Assembly (NCBI GenBank): GCA_963743015.1 | Contig: CAVUOD010000010.1 | Location: 84,298-148,297, forward strand | Source of the DNA: an uncultured Alphaproteobacteria bacterium | Lineage (GTDB): Bacteria; Pseudomonadota; Alphaproteobacteria; Rhizobiales; Kaistiaceae | Length of the DNA: 64,000 nucleotides | Direction of reading: 5' to 3' | Shown: positions 38,819 to 48,139 of the stretch, in pieces | Position numbering within the stretch: position 1 is the first letter of the stretch | How the letters are laid out: each line of letters opens with the position of its first letter | Program-made: the position numbers and the translations under genes | The notes under the pieces: generated by a model | Database searches by the model: none | What the model saw: only the letters and a program-made list of their open reading frames with translations | Told to the model about the DNA's origin: nothing

Positions 38819-39499
38819 TCATCCCTCCTTGCGCACCACCGCGATGTTCAGCGTGGTGCGTTTCTCGAAGCCGATCGTCTCGTAGAGCGTGATGGCCGGC
38901 CTGTTGGTCGTATAGGCGTGGAGATAGGGCGTCTCGCCGCGCGCCAAGATCCGGTGCGTGACGAAGACGGAGAGCAGGCGGGCGAGGCCCCGGCCGCGAA
39001 AATCCGGATGCGAGCAGACGCCGGAGAGTTCGGCAAAGCCCACCTGCTTCATGCGCTCGCCGGCCATGGCGGCGATGCGGCCGTCGATGCGGATGCCGTA
39101 GAATTCGCCGAGCGCCCGGGCGCCGCGGGTGAAGGGGCCGGGCTTGGTGAGCAAAGCGAGAGCCAGCATCTCCTCCGCATCGGCGCCGTTCAGCGGTTCG
39201 ATGCGCGCGTCGGCAACCGGCTCCGGCGGGCGCGTCAGCACCATCTGCACGACGGCGGCTGTGGTGGTGACGGCAAGGCCCGGCGGCAGGGCGATGGGCC
39301 CGGCCTCGGCAAGCAGCATGTCCTCGCCGGGGCGGGGCAGGGCGGCGAGCGCGGCGAGGCTCTGCGGGCGGTCGTCGCTGGCCGCGGCGAAGGGAATGAT
39401 GTCGGACCGGTAGCGGCGGGCGAGCGGGCCGCCTTCGGCCAGTGCGGCATGCGGGCCGTTCAATGCGTTCCATGCGGGACGGTCGAGCACATGGGTCAT
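38819..39499 (-). CDS. GNAT family N-acetyltransferase
   Basis: 226 aa from MTHVLDRPAW. Acetyl-CoA motif ...VCSHPDFRGRGLARLL...YETIGFE. An ATGA overlap joins it to the upstream MarR gene. Confidence 0.8.
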   Translation of the reverse strand: MTHVLDRPAWNALNGPHAALAEGGPLARRYRSDIIPFAAASDDRPQSLAALAALPRPGEDMLLAEAGPIALPPGLAVTTTAAVVQMVLTRPPEPVADARIEPLNGADAEEMLALALLTKPGPFTRGARALGEFYGIRIDGRIAAMAGERMKQVGFAELSGVCSHPDFRGRGLARLLSVFVTHRILARGETPYLHAYTTNRPAITLYETIGFEKRTTLNIAVVRKEG

Positions 39500-39990
39500 G
39501 TCTTCCTCCGCCGAGCATTGCCCACTCGTTGATCGAGCGGGCGTTCGGTCAGTCGGTCCTCGATTGCCGCGAGCTGGTCGAGCAGGGGGCCGGAGAGGCC
39601 GCCACAGAGATCGGCCACCGCCGCCTCGACCTTCGGCCACACATCCTGCTTGCCGAAGTCGACCTCGCGCTGGCCCTTGGCCGTCAGCGAAACGACCCGT
39701 TGGCGCTGGTCGTTGCGGCCGGGCCGCGCCTTGGCCATGCCGATCTTGACGAGTTGCGCGACCACGCGGGTGGCGCCCGGCTGGGTGATGCCCACCGCTT
39801 CGGCCAGTTCGCCGATGGTCAGCGGCCCCAGCCGGTCGAGGGCCGCGAGGAAGGGGTATTGGCTGGAATGCAGCGTCACCCCGTGCGCCGCCGCGACGCG
39901 GGTGGCATCGCCCTGCAGGCGCTCGGCAATGCGCTTGAAGCGGGTGCCCAGCATGAGGAACCCCATTGCGCGAACGATATCCTCGGCCAT
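39496..39990 (-). CDS. MarR family transcriptional regulator
   Basis: ...LGPLTIGELAEAVGITQPGATRVVAQLVKIGMAKARPGRNDQRQRVVSLTAKG. The start may be 39990 or 40008. Confidence 0.8.
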   Translation of the reverse strand: MAEDIVRAMGFLMLGTRFKRIAERLQGDATRVAAAHGVTLHSSQYPFLAALDRLGPLTIGELAEAVGITQPGATRVVAQLVKIGMAKARPGRNDQRQRVVSLTAKGQREVDFGKQDVWPKVEAAVADLCGGLSGPLLDQLAAIEDRLTERPLDQRVGNARRRKT

Positions 39991-40109
39991 CGATCCACCC
40001 CAATTCATTCAGTAGTTATATAACTAAGCATATAACATGAAATGGAACGCTTGTCGAGGGCTTGCGAGGACGGACGGTGCAGTGGGGTGCCGGTCGCTGC
40101 CGGTCCGGC

Positions 40110-41051
40110 TCAGATCGCCCGGCGGCGCGCGGCGCGGCCGGCAAAGAGCAGGCCGTACATGCCGATGGCGATGGCCACCATGGCGAGCACCTGATGCAGC
40201 GCGATCGCCACGCCGGTGAAGACGAGCGCGATCAGCATGGTCACCGCCGGCGTCGGCACCTCGATCGAGGCGGCCAGCGATACGTCGATGTTGCGGATGG
40301 CCTGGAACCAGAAGATCAGCTCGACGTAGTAGGCGATCCCCATGATGGCGGCGGCCCGCTGCAGGCCGGGGTCGGTGAGGCCGGCGATGAGCGCGCGCGG
40401 CTCGCCGATGGCGAGCGCCAGCGCCAGCAGGAAGACGCCGGATATGAGCAGGCGCGAAAGGGTCACCTGGTTCGGCGTCAGCGTCGTGCGGTCGAGCACC
40501 TGCGTCTTGAGCAGCAGATGCGCCGCCGCCCAGAGCAGCGGAACGCCGAGCGCGAAGACCGACCACCAGGAAATATCGGTGATCAGGAAGGTGCCGTTGG
40601 TGGTCAGATAGACGAGCGCGACGATCATCAGCGCGGTGAAGCCGAGTTCGGGGAACGTCTTGCGCTTGCCGAGGAAGAGCGCCTCGCCGAGCATGGCGAA
40701 GATTGGCGTGCCCTGCGAGGCGATGGCCAGGCTCACCGGTCCGGTCTTCTGGGCGGCCACCACATACATGTAGGTGGCCAGGCCGAACATGATGCTCGTC
40801 CCGAGTGCCGCGGCGATCGTCCATGGCCGCCGGCTGCCGGTGCCGGCCGCCTCGAAGAGGCCGCGTCGGCCACGGGCGCGCTCCATGAGGAACAGCGGCA
40901 GGGCCGCGAGGATCTGCCAGACGGTGAGCCAGACGGTGAAGGTCAGCCCGTCGACGTTGGCCGGTCGCGCGCTGGCCAGTACGGGCAGGACGCCGAGAAT
41001 GCCGAGGCAGGCGAAGGCCGAGATGATGCCGAGGCGGGGATTGAGGGCCAT
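40110..41051 (-). CDS. DMT superfamily (EamA-like) transporter
   Basis: 313 aa, about 10 TM helices in a duplicated EamA arrangement. Confidence 0.75.
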   Translation of the reverse strand: MALNPRLGIISAFACLGILGVLPVLASARPANVDGLTFTVWLTVWQILAALPLFLMERARGRRGLFEAAGTGSRRPWTIAAALGTSIMFGLATYMYVVAAQKTGPVSLAIASQGTPIFAMLGEALFLGKRKTFPELGFTALMIVALVYLTTNGTFLITDISWWSVFALGVPLLWAAAHLLLKTQVLDRTTLTPNQVTLSRLLISGVFLLALALAIGEPRALIAGLTDPGLQRAAAIMGIAYYVELIFWFQAIRNIDVSLAASIEVPTPAVTMLIALVFTGVAIALHQVLAMVAIAIGMYGLLFAGRAARRRAI

Positions 41052-41340
41052 GCGGCCGCCTCACTCAGGGGAGGAATGCGGGAAGAAGCTTTAGCGCCGG
41101 GAACGGCAGGGGGCAAAGCAAGAGTGTCGCACGCCTTGCCGCGCTGACGATGAATGCGCGGTTCCCTGATGACGCTCTCCATTCTCCCCCTCGCCCACCA
41201 CGGAGGAGAGGACCACCAAACACAGGCCATGCCGGGAAACGGTCAAGCGCCGGTCCCGCCGGTTCGCGCATCAGGGGGATCGACGGGTCGCCGGGATCGC
41301 ACCGGTTGTGGAGGTGGCGGAGTCGCGGGCGCCGCCGGCG

Positions 41341-41595
41341 TCAGCGGCGGCCGGTCCGCACCAGACGCGGAATGTCGCTGCGCGCAATGCCGAGGTCGCG
41401 CAAGACGGCGTCATCCGCATCGGCGAGCCAGTGAATGTCCTGCTGGTCGCGCCAATGGCGGGCGATCGCCAGGCCGAGCCTGGCGACCAGCCACAGCGCT
41501 TCTCCGGCGGCACGGTGCATGTCCTTGACGATGGCTGGCACTGCAGCCGGCGCGAGATCGCGGGCGTTGCCGTGGCTGAGGGTGATGTATGCCAT
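41341..41595 (-). CDS. DUF1127 domain-containing protein
   Basis: 84 aa. The C-terminus LADADDAVLRDLGIARSDIPRLV matches the DUF1127 signature. Confidence 0.75.
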   Translation of the reverse strand: MAYITLSHGNARDLAPAAVPAIVKDMHRAAGEALWLVARLGLAIARHWRDQQDIHWLADADDAVLRDLGIARSDIPRLVRTGRR

Positions 41596-41918
41596 GTGGC
41601 TCTCCGTCGTCGACGGTGGCGAGAACGTGACGGACCGTCAGGCAAGCTGGCGTCGGCGCCGGCGGCCTTCTTGTCCGGCGCCACCACGCCCATGCGCGCA
41701 CGTCCGCACGGTAAGATCCGACCGGACCAGCGGGCGCCCAGCGCGCACGAATCAGATCATATGGCGTCCAGGTAAACCGATCGTTGCAGCGGGGGCGGCC
41801 GTTAACGCATGGCGAGGGGCCACCGGCCCCTGTCATGGGCGGGGCCCTTGGCCCTCCGGCTCGACCGGAGGATCATCCCGGCCTTCCATTTGGGGGCTTT
41901 GCGCTCTATGCGGCGCCC

Positions 41919-42236
41919 TCACTCCCCCACATGCACTGCCAGCCACACGGTCGGCTGGCTCGCATCGGTCCAGGTGACGCGGTGGCGTTTGTGGGCGGGG
42001 AGGAAGACGTAGTCGCCGGGTGAAAGGCGCATCTCCGCCGCGCCCTCGACGGCAAGGCCGGCGCCGCCCGAGAGCAGGATTACCCATTCGTCATGGGCCT
42101 GGTCGTACCAGAAGCCGGGCGGCGAGGCCTGACCGGTCGAGACGATGCGCTCGATGCGCAGGCCCGGCTGGCTGAAGAGGTCGGTCAGCTCTTCCTCGGC
42201 GGCAGCGGCGGGCAGGTCGGCGAAGATGTTGGGCAT
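41919..42236 (-). CDS. cupin domain-containing protein
   Basis: 105 aa from MPNIFADLP. ...DEWVILLSGGAGL...PGDYVFLPAHKRHRV is a cupin beta-barrel motif. Confidence 0.75.
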   Translation of the reverse strand: MPNIFADLPAAAAEEELTDLFSQPGLRIERIVSTGQASPPGFWYDQAHDEWVILLSGGAGLAVEGAAEMRLSPGDYVFLPAHKRHRVTWTDASQPTVWLAVHVGE

Positions 42237-42323
42237 TGGGCTTTTCCTCGTCATTCCGACACGCAATTCGTCGTGGCCGGGCTGAACCAATGCGTCCAGC
42301 AAGCGCGGCAGTGGCTGTCGCTC

Positions 42324-42475
42324 CCTCTCCCCTTGCGGGAGAGGGCTGCTTTTCTTGGCAAGCGACAAGCGAGCCTAGAAAAGCAGGGTGAGGGGTCATG
42401 GCAAGGCAGCAGTTTCGGGTGCCGGGCACAATGCCCACGCCCCCCTCTCTATCTCTCCCCCGCAAGCGGGGAGAG
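42324..42475. repeat. two further copies of the CCCTCTCC/GGAGAGGG hairpin repeat family
   Basis: CCCTCTCCC-CTTGC-GGGAGAGGG at 42324-42345, and CTCTCCCCCGC-AA-GCGGGGAGAG at 42453-42475. Confidence 0.7.
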
Positions 42476-42568
42476 GACCATTGCGGCGAAGCTGTTGCTG
42501 GAGCGGGCGCGGCGCCCGCCGCTCCTGGCCGGCCGCCCTTCGGCCCGAATCGGGCTTATGATGGCCGC

Positions 42569-43153
42569 ATGACCGCCTATGTTGCCCTGCTGCGCGCCGT
42601 CAATGTCGGCGGGCGCGGCGTGAAAATGGCCGCCTTGCGCGACCTGTTCGCCGATCTCGGCTTTGCCGGTGCGCGCACCCATCTGCAGAGCGGCAATGTC
42701 ATCTTCACCGCCCATGGCGAGCGCGCCCAGATCGCCGCCACCATCGAGGCCGGCATCGTCGACCGCTTCGGCTTCCATTCCGAAACCATGCTGCGCAGCG
42801 CCGCCGAGCTGCAGCGGCTCACCGGCCGCAATCCGTTCCCGGAGATGGCGGCGGCCGATCCCAGCCATCTTGTGGTGATGTTCCTTGCCGGCCTGCCGAC
42901 GGCGGAGGACCGCGCGGCGCTGCGCATGGAATGGGACGGGCCGGAGACCTGGGCTGCGGTCGGGGCGGACCTGTTCATCTGCTATCCCAAGGGCATCGGG
43001 CGATCGAAGCTGAAGCTCAAGCTCAAGACGTCGGGCACGGGACGCAACTGGACCGTGGTCCAGGCGCTCGCCGCCCTGGCGGCGGAGGCCGCCAATGGAA
43101 GCAAGCCGGCGGAGGCCGCCAATGGAAGCAAGCCGGCGGAGGCCGCCGACTGA
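42569..43153 (+). CDS. DUF1697 domain-containing protein
   Basis: MTAYVALLRAVNVGGRGVKMAALRDLFADLGF...THLQSGNVIF is the DUF1697 N-terminal signature. The C-terminus carries the AANGSKPAE repeat. Confidence 0.8.
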   Translation: MTAYVALLRAVNVGGRGVKMAALRDLFADLGFAGARTHLQSGNVIFTAHGERAQIAATIEAGIVDRFGFHSETMLRSAAELQRLTGRNPFPEMAAADPSHLVVMFLAGLPTAEDRAALRMEWDGPETWAAVGADLFICYPKGIGRSKLKLKLKTSGTGRNWTVVQALAALAAEAANGSKPAEAANGSKPAEAAD

Positions 43154-43164
43154 AGCAAGCCGGC
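43084..43164 (+). repeat. 27-bp tandem repeat, 3 copies (GGAGGCCGCCAATGGAAGCAAGCCGGC), spanning the DUF1697 stop
   Basis: Copies at 43084, 43111 and 43138. The third carries AAT-to-GAC and GGA-to-TGA changes, the latter creating the stop codon. Confidence 0.85.
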
Positions 43165-43295
43165 GGAGCCGGGTTGTCGCCTGATCTTGCCCTGAATCGC
43201 GTCTGAGCTAGGTCAATTCACAGCCGTCCGCGGCGCGGTTAGTATTCCGGTGAGCCGGTGCATGCGTGCGCCGCGTGCATGAAGGAGGACGTCTG

Positions 43296-43448
43296 ATGTC
43301 TAAGGGACGCGACAGACCATCTCACGAAAAGAAGAAACCGAAATCGGACAAGAACAAGAAGAACAAGCATCAGCCGTTCGGCGGCAAGACGCCGTCGGCG
43401 GTGATGGCGACCATGCATCCGGATGAGGCAAAGAAGCCGCAGCAGTAA
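43296..43448 (+). CDS. 50-aa basic hypothetical protein
   Basis: GAAGGAGG lies 7 nt upstream of the ATG at 43296. MSKGRDRPSHEKKKPKSDKNKKNKHQPFGGKTPSAVMATMHPDEAKKPQQ. Confidence 0.5.
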   Translation: MSKGRDRPSHEKKKPKSDKNKKNKHQPFGGKTPSAVMATMHPDEAKKPQQ

Positions 43449-43509
43449 TTCGGCATCTGCCGCGGGCGGCAATCGGGTCGCCCGCCGAGCCGCATTGGGG
43501 GGGAAGATC

Positions 43510-44292
43510 ATGATCCGCGTCGGCATCGGCGGGTGGACCTATGCGCCGTGGCGCGGGGCCTTCTATCCGGACGGGCTCAAGCAGGCCGACGAGCTGAAAT
43601 ACGCGGCAAGCAAGCTCACCTCCATCGAGATCAACGGCACCTTCTATCGCACCCAGTCGGCGGCAAGCTTCGCCAAGTGGCGCGACGAGACACCCGACGG
43701 TTTCGTCTTCGCGGTGAAGGGCCACCGCGCCGTCGTCAACAAGAAGGTCCTGGCCGAGGCCGGCGAGCCGCTCGCCTGGTTCCTCAAGTCGGGCATCACC
43801 GAACTGGGCGACAAGCTCGGTCCGCTGCTCTGGCAGTTCGCGCCCTACAAGAAATTCGACGCGGACGATTTCGGCGCCTTCCTGGCGCTGCTGCCCGGGG
43901 AAGCCGATGGCGTCAAGCTGCGTCACGTGGTCGAGGTGCGCTCGAAAACCTTCCTGGTGCCGGAGTTCGTGGCGCTCTTGCGCAAGCACAATGTCGCCGT
44001 CGCCTGTGCCGATTCCAACGACTATCCGGCGATTGCCGATGTCACTGCCGATTTCGTCTATGCCCGCCTGCAAAAGACCGAAGAGGCCAATGCGGCCGGC
44101 TATGCCCCGGCCGAGCTCGATGCCTGGGCGGCGCGGGCCAGGAGCTGGGCCGCGGGGGGCGAGGTGGACGATTTGCCGCGCTTCGGCGCCAAGCCTGCTG
44201 CGAAGAAGAAACGCGACGTCTTCGTCTACATGATCGCCGGCGCCAAGGTCCGCAATCCAGCCGCCGCAACGGCTTTGATCGCGCGTCTCTAG
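43510..44292 (+). CDS. DUF72 domain-containing protein
   Basis: MIRVGIGGWTYAPWRGAFYP...LTSIEINGTFYR...FVFAVKGHR is the DUF72 signature. Confidence 0.85.
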   Translation: MIRVGIGGWTYAPWRGAFYPDGLKQADELKYAASKLTSIEINGTFYRTQSAASFAKWRDETPDGFVFAVKGHRAVVNKKVLAEAGEPLAWFLKSGITELGDKLGPLLWQFAPYKKFDADDFGAFLALLPGEADGVKLRHVVEVRSKTFLVPEFVALLRKHNVAVACADSNDYPAIADVTADFVYARLQKTEEANAAGYAPAELDAWAARARSWAAGGEVDDLPRFGAKPAAKKKRDVFVYMIAGAKVRNPAAATALIARL

Positions 44293-44482
44293 CCGCTTCC
44301 CATCCCCTGATTGCGGCCCGTCACGGCCGTTAACCGACGGTCACGCAGGGTGATCGGCCGGCCGCATTCGTGCCCCATTTCGCAGCGCACATCGCCCTCG
44401 CCGCCGCGGAGGGGTCCACAGGGCGGCAGTGCTGGGAGGGACATGCCAAGGATGCGGTTCAACAACAAACGGAAGCCACAGA

Positions 44483-44881
44483 GTGAAAGTAAGCAAGTCA
44501 CGCATTTTTGCGTTCGGGGCAGCCGTCGCGGCGTTTGTCGCGGTGGCAGGTCTTCAGTCGAGTGAAGCGTTAGCCGCCCAGTGCGGCAAGGCGTCCTGGT
44601 ACAGCACCGGCACCAAAACGGCGAGCGGCGAAAGGATGAACGCCAATGCGCTCGCCGCCGCCCATCGCAGCCTTCCCTTCGGAACCCGTGTCAGGGTCGA
44701 CAATCTCGCCAATGGCCGTTCGGTGGTCGTGCGCATCAACGATCGCGGTCCCTTCATCCGCGGCCGGGTGATCGACCTCACCCGCGGTGCGGCAGCGCAG
44801 ATCGGCATGATCGGCTCGGGCACCGCCGCGGTGCGGGTCACCGTGGTCAGCGGCAGCAAACACCTGCAGGGCTGCTCGTAG
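44483..44881 (+). CDS. rlpA: septal ring lytic transglycosylase RlpA-family protein (DPBB domain)
   Basis: ...[57 protein letters not shown]. The GTG start at 44483 gives a signal peptide; the track ATG is at 44429. Confidence 0.8.
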   Translation: MKVSKSRIFAFGAAVAAFVAVAGLQSSEALAAQCGKASWYSTGTKTASGERMNANALAAAHRSLPFGTRVRVDNLANGRSVVVRINDRGPFIRGRVIDLTRGAAAQIGMIGSGTAAVRVTVVSGSKHLQGCS

Positions 44882-44895
44882 TCTTCGGGCAAGCC

Positions 44896-45981
44896 TCAGG
44901 CGAAATCGTCCAGCCGGTCGAATGCCGCTGACTTGATCAGTGCCACGACCGGCTGGCCAACCGCGATGTCGAGCGCCTTGGCCGCATCGCGCGTGATGCG
45001 CGCCACCAGCATCTGACCGCCGACATCGAGCTGCACCTCGACCGCGGCACCGGGGCCGATGGCGATGTCGGTCACCGTCGCGGCGAGGCGATTGCGGATC
45101 GACAAGAGGCCGGGGTCACCCACCGCCAGTGCCACCTCGCGCGCGCGCACGCGCAGGCGCACCGTGCTGCCCGGCGAGCGGTCGATCGCCGGCGTCCACA
45201 TGCGCCCGGCCGGATGATCGAGGATCGTCATGCCGCTCTGCGCATCGTGCGCGATGACCTCGGCCGTCAGCACCATGCTCGCTTCGAAGCGCCCGGTATG
45301 GGGACGCAGGTCGAGCCGGCCGAAGACGTCGTTCACCGTGCCGCTGGCGATCACCTTGCCGTCGGCGAGCAACACCAGCGTGTCGGCCAGCCGCGTCACC
45401 TCGTCGACGCTGTGGCTGACATAGACGATGGGCAGCTTCATCTCGTCGCGCAGGCGCTCGACATAGGGCAGGATCTCCTCCTTGCGCGCCGGGTCGAGCG
45501 AGGCCAGCGGCTCGTCCATGATCAGCAGGCGCGGGCTCTGCAGCAAAGCGCGGCCGATGGCGACGCGCTGCTTCTCGCCACCGGAGAGGCCGGCCGGGCG
45601 GCGCTGCAGGAGGTCGCCGATGCCGAGCAGTTCGACGATCTGGTCGAACGAGCCCCAGCGCTGCCGGCGCGGCGTGCGGCGGCGGCCATACATCAGGTTG
45701 CCGTGCACCGAGTAGTGCGGAAACAGCCGGCCTTCCTGGAAGACATAGCCGATGCCGCGCTTGCGCACCGGCACATCGACGTGCCCGCCGGCATCGAACA
45801 GCACCGCATCGTCGAGGCGGATCGATCCCCGGTCGGGACGCACAAGCCCGGCGATGGCGTTGGTGAGCGTCGACTTGCCGGCGCCGGAACGACCGAAGAG
45901 GGCGGTGACGCCGCCGCTGCTGGCAAAGCGCGCGCTCAGGGTGAAATCGCCCAGCGCCTTTTCGATGTCGACGGTGAGCAT
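44896..45981 (-). CDS. modC: molybdate ABC transporter ATP-binding protein
   Basis: Walker A GRSGAGKST, signature LSGGEKQRV, Walker B LLIMDEP, and a C-terminal TOBE/Mop domain. Confidence 0.9.
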   Translation of the reverse strand: MLTVDIEKALGDFTLSARFASSGGVTALFGRSGAGKSTLTNAIAGLVRPDRGSIRLDDAVLFDAGGHVDVPVRKRGIGYVFQEGRLFPHYSVHGNLMYGRRRTPRRQRWGSFDQIVELLGIGDLLQRRPAGLSGGEKQRVAIGRALLQSPRLLIMDEPLASLDPARKEEILPYVERLRDEMKLPIVYVSHSVDEVTRLADTLVLLADGKVIASGTVNDVFGRLDLRPHTGRFEASMVLTAEVIAHDAQSGMTILDHPAGRMWTPAIDRSPGSTVRLRVRAREVALAVGDPGLLSIRNRLAATVTDIAIGPGAAVEVQLDVGGQMLVARITRDAAKALDIAVGQPVVALIKSAAFDRLDDFA

Positions 45982-45984
45982 GGG

Positions 45985-46680
45985 TCAGGCCGCCGTGCGG
46001 CGGGCGACGCGGCGTGCCAGCGTCTCGGAGACGAGCAGCGCGGCGAAGGCGACGACGATGGCAATCAGCGTCAGGCGCAGCGCCGGCAGCTCGCCGCCGG
46101 GCACCTGGGCATTGGTGTAGATCGCCAGCGGCACGGTCTGGGTGATGCCGGGAATGTTGCCGACAAAGGTGATGGTGGCGCCGAACTCGCCGAGCGCGCG
46201 GGCGAAGGAGAGCACCGTGCCGGCGACGATGCCGGGAGCGGCAAGCGGCAGGGTCACGGTCACCAGCACGCCGATGCGGCGGGCGCCGAGCGTTGCCGCG
46301 GCGGCGCCAAGCCGCGGGTCGATCGCCTCGATCGACAGGCGGATGGCGCGCACCATCAGCGGAAAGCCCATGATCGCCGCGGCCAGCGCCGCGCCGGTCC
46401 AGTTGAAGGCGAAGACGATGCCGAAGGCATGCTGGAGGAAGGCGCCGATCGGCCCCTTGGTGCCGAAGGCGAGCAGCAGCAGATAGCCGGTGACCACCGG
46501 CGGCACGACCAGCGGCAGATGGACGATGCCGTCGATGAGCGAGCGGCCGACGAAACGGCCGCGGGCGAGCAGCCAGGCGACTGCGATGCCGAAGGGCAGG
46601 CTGGCCAGCGCCGCCACTGCCGCCACGCGCAGGCTCAGTTCGATGGCGGACCATTCCTGCGGGGTCAGCGGGTCGAGCAT
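45985..46680 (-). CDS. modB: molybdate ABC transporter permease
   Basis: 231 aa. EAA-loop region ...AARTLGA-like GAAAATLGARRIGV..., typical of ModB, in operon position between modA and modC. Confidence 0.9.
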   Translation of the reverse strand: MLDPLTPQEWSAIELSLRVAAVAALASLPFGIAVAWLLARGRFVGRSLIDGIVHLPLVVPPVVTGYLLLLAFGTKGPIGAFLQHAFGIVFAFNWTGAALAAAIMGFPLMVRAIRLSIEAIDPRLGAAAATLGARRIGVLVTVTLPLAAPGIVAGTVLSFARALGEFGATITFVGNIPGITQTVPLAIYTNAQVPGGELPALRLTLIAIVVAFAALLVSETLARRVARRTAA

Positions 46681-46692
46681 GAAGTCCTTATC

Positions 46693-47475
46693 TCATGAGC
46701 CCGGCGCCACGATGGTGAAGCCCTGCTTGCGATAGGCCGGCGCGGCCGCGTCCGAGCCGAGAAAATCGAAGAAGGCCTTGGCGTCCGGATTGGTCGAACT
46801 GGCGGTCACGGCTACAGGATAGAGGATCGGCTTGTGGCTGTCGGCGGGAAACACGCCGATCACCTTGACCGCCGGCTCGGCGGCGGCATCGGTGGCGTAG
46901 ACGATGCCGGCCGGTGCTTCGCCGCGGGCGACGAAGGCGAGCGCCAGGCGCACGTTCTCCGACTGCACCACGCGGCCCGCGATGCTGTCCCACACGCCGA
47001 GGCTCTCCAGCGATGCCTTGCCGTATCTGCCGGCCGGTACCGAATCGACATTGGCCATGGCCAGGCGTCCGTCGGGGCCGAGCAGGCCGGCGAGGTCCAT
47101 GCCCGGCGCGATCGTGATCTTCGCCGTCGAATCCTTCGGCGCGACCAGGACGATCTCATTGCCGAGCAGGGTGCGCCGCGTCTCCGGCTTCACCAGCTTG
47201 TGCTCAACGGCATAGTCCATCCAGGCCATGTCGGCGGAAAAGAAGATGTCGGCCGGGGCGCCCTGTTCGATCTGCCGGGCGAGCGTCGCGGTGCCGGCAT
47301 AGCTGATGGCGACGGTCTTGCCGGTCTTGGCATGATAGGCCGCGGCGACATCGTCGAGCGCATTCTTCAGGCTGGCCGCGGCGAAGACCACCGGCTCGGC
47401 GGCAGAGGCGGGCAGGGCGACGGCGAACACCGGTGCGGCAAGGACGGCGGCAAGAAGCAGGCGACCGAAGATCAT
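46693..47475 (-). CDS. modA: molybdate ABC transporter substrate-binding protein
   Basis: Signal peptide MIFGRLLLAAVLAAPVFAVALPASA. ...VFAAASLKNALDD...SYAGTATLARQIEQGAPADIFFSAD. Confidence 0.9.
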   Translation of the reverse strand: MIFGRLLLAAVLAAPVFAVALPASAAEPVVFAAASLKNALDDVAAAYHAKTGKTVAISYAGTATLARQIEQGAPADIFFSADMAWMDYAVEHKLVKPETRRTLLGNEIVLVAPKDSTAKITIAPGMDLAGLLGPDGRLAMANVDSVPAGRYGKASLESLGVWDSIAGRVVQSENVRLALAFVARGEAPAGIVYATDAAAEPAVKVIGVFPADSHKPILYPVAVTASSTNPDAKAFFDFLGSDAAAPAYRKQGFTIVAPGS

Positions 47476-47483
47476 GGCTCCCT

Positions 47484-47507
47484 CGATATGTTCAGCCAGA
47501 CATATCG
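47484..47507. promoter_or_regulatory. candidate Mo-box / ModE operator: perfect palindrome CGATATGT-N8-ACATATCG
   Basis: Read directly in the 60-nt gap between the modE-like stop and the modA start. Confidence 0.5.
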
Positions 47508-47535
47508 CATATGTCACCACGGAGCGGCGGACGAA

Positions 47536-47967
47536 TCAATCGTCCTTGCGGGGGCGGCCGCGCTTGGGGCGCGGCGGCAGAGGGGCGGGCGCCGGCTCGC
47601 CGCTGTCCGCTTTCAGATAACGGCGAAGGTCGGCGATGCCGGCGGCGATCGCCTTGCCGGCGTCCGCCTCCATCTCGCGATAACGCGTCAGCACCTGACG
47701 GCCGAGCGGCGTCAGCTGGGTGCTGCCGCCGCCGCCGGTGCCGCCCTTGATCGTCTCGACCAGCGGTGTGGCGAAGGCGGCGTTCATTTCCTGCACCAGC
47801 ACCCAGCTGCGCTTGTAGCTCATGCCGGAGTGCTTGGCCGCGGCGGTCAGCGATGCGGTCTGGTTGATCGCGTCGAGAAGGTCGGCCTTGCCCGGACCGA
47901 TCGCGACGCCGGGTCTCAGCACTATGCGGAAGCGCAAGCCCTCGGTGCGGTGGGCAGATTGCGGCAA
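47536..47967 (-). CDS. modE: ModE-like molybdenum-dependent transcriptional regulator (N-terminal wHTH domain only)
   Basis: LRFRIVLRPGVAIGPGKADLLDAINQTASLTAAAKHSGMSYKRSWVLVQEMNAAF..PLVE...GGTGGGGSTQLTPLG. The start is uncertain: TTG at 47967 versus the track start at 48102. Confidence 0.7.
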   Translation of the reverse strand: MPQSAHRTEGLRFRIVLRPGVAIGPGKADLLDAINQTASLTAAAKHSGMSYKRSWVLVQEMNAAFATPLVETIKGGTGGGGSTQLTPLGRQVLTRYREMEADAGKAIAAGIADLRRYLKADSGEPAPAPLPPRPKRGRPRKDD

Positions 47968-48139
47968 GTGCGGGCTCCTGAACTGACAAGTATGCGCAAT
48001 CTTGAATAGAAAAACGGTTGTGGGAAGAGCGCATGCCCGGTCGGATTGCCGCACCGCCAGAAGCACAGGCAATGCAAAGCGTCGGGGCCATGTCATTGTC
48101 ATCTAGGGCCGTATTGTCGCGCGGTGTAGTATCTCCCCG

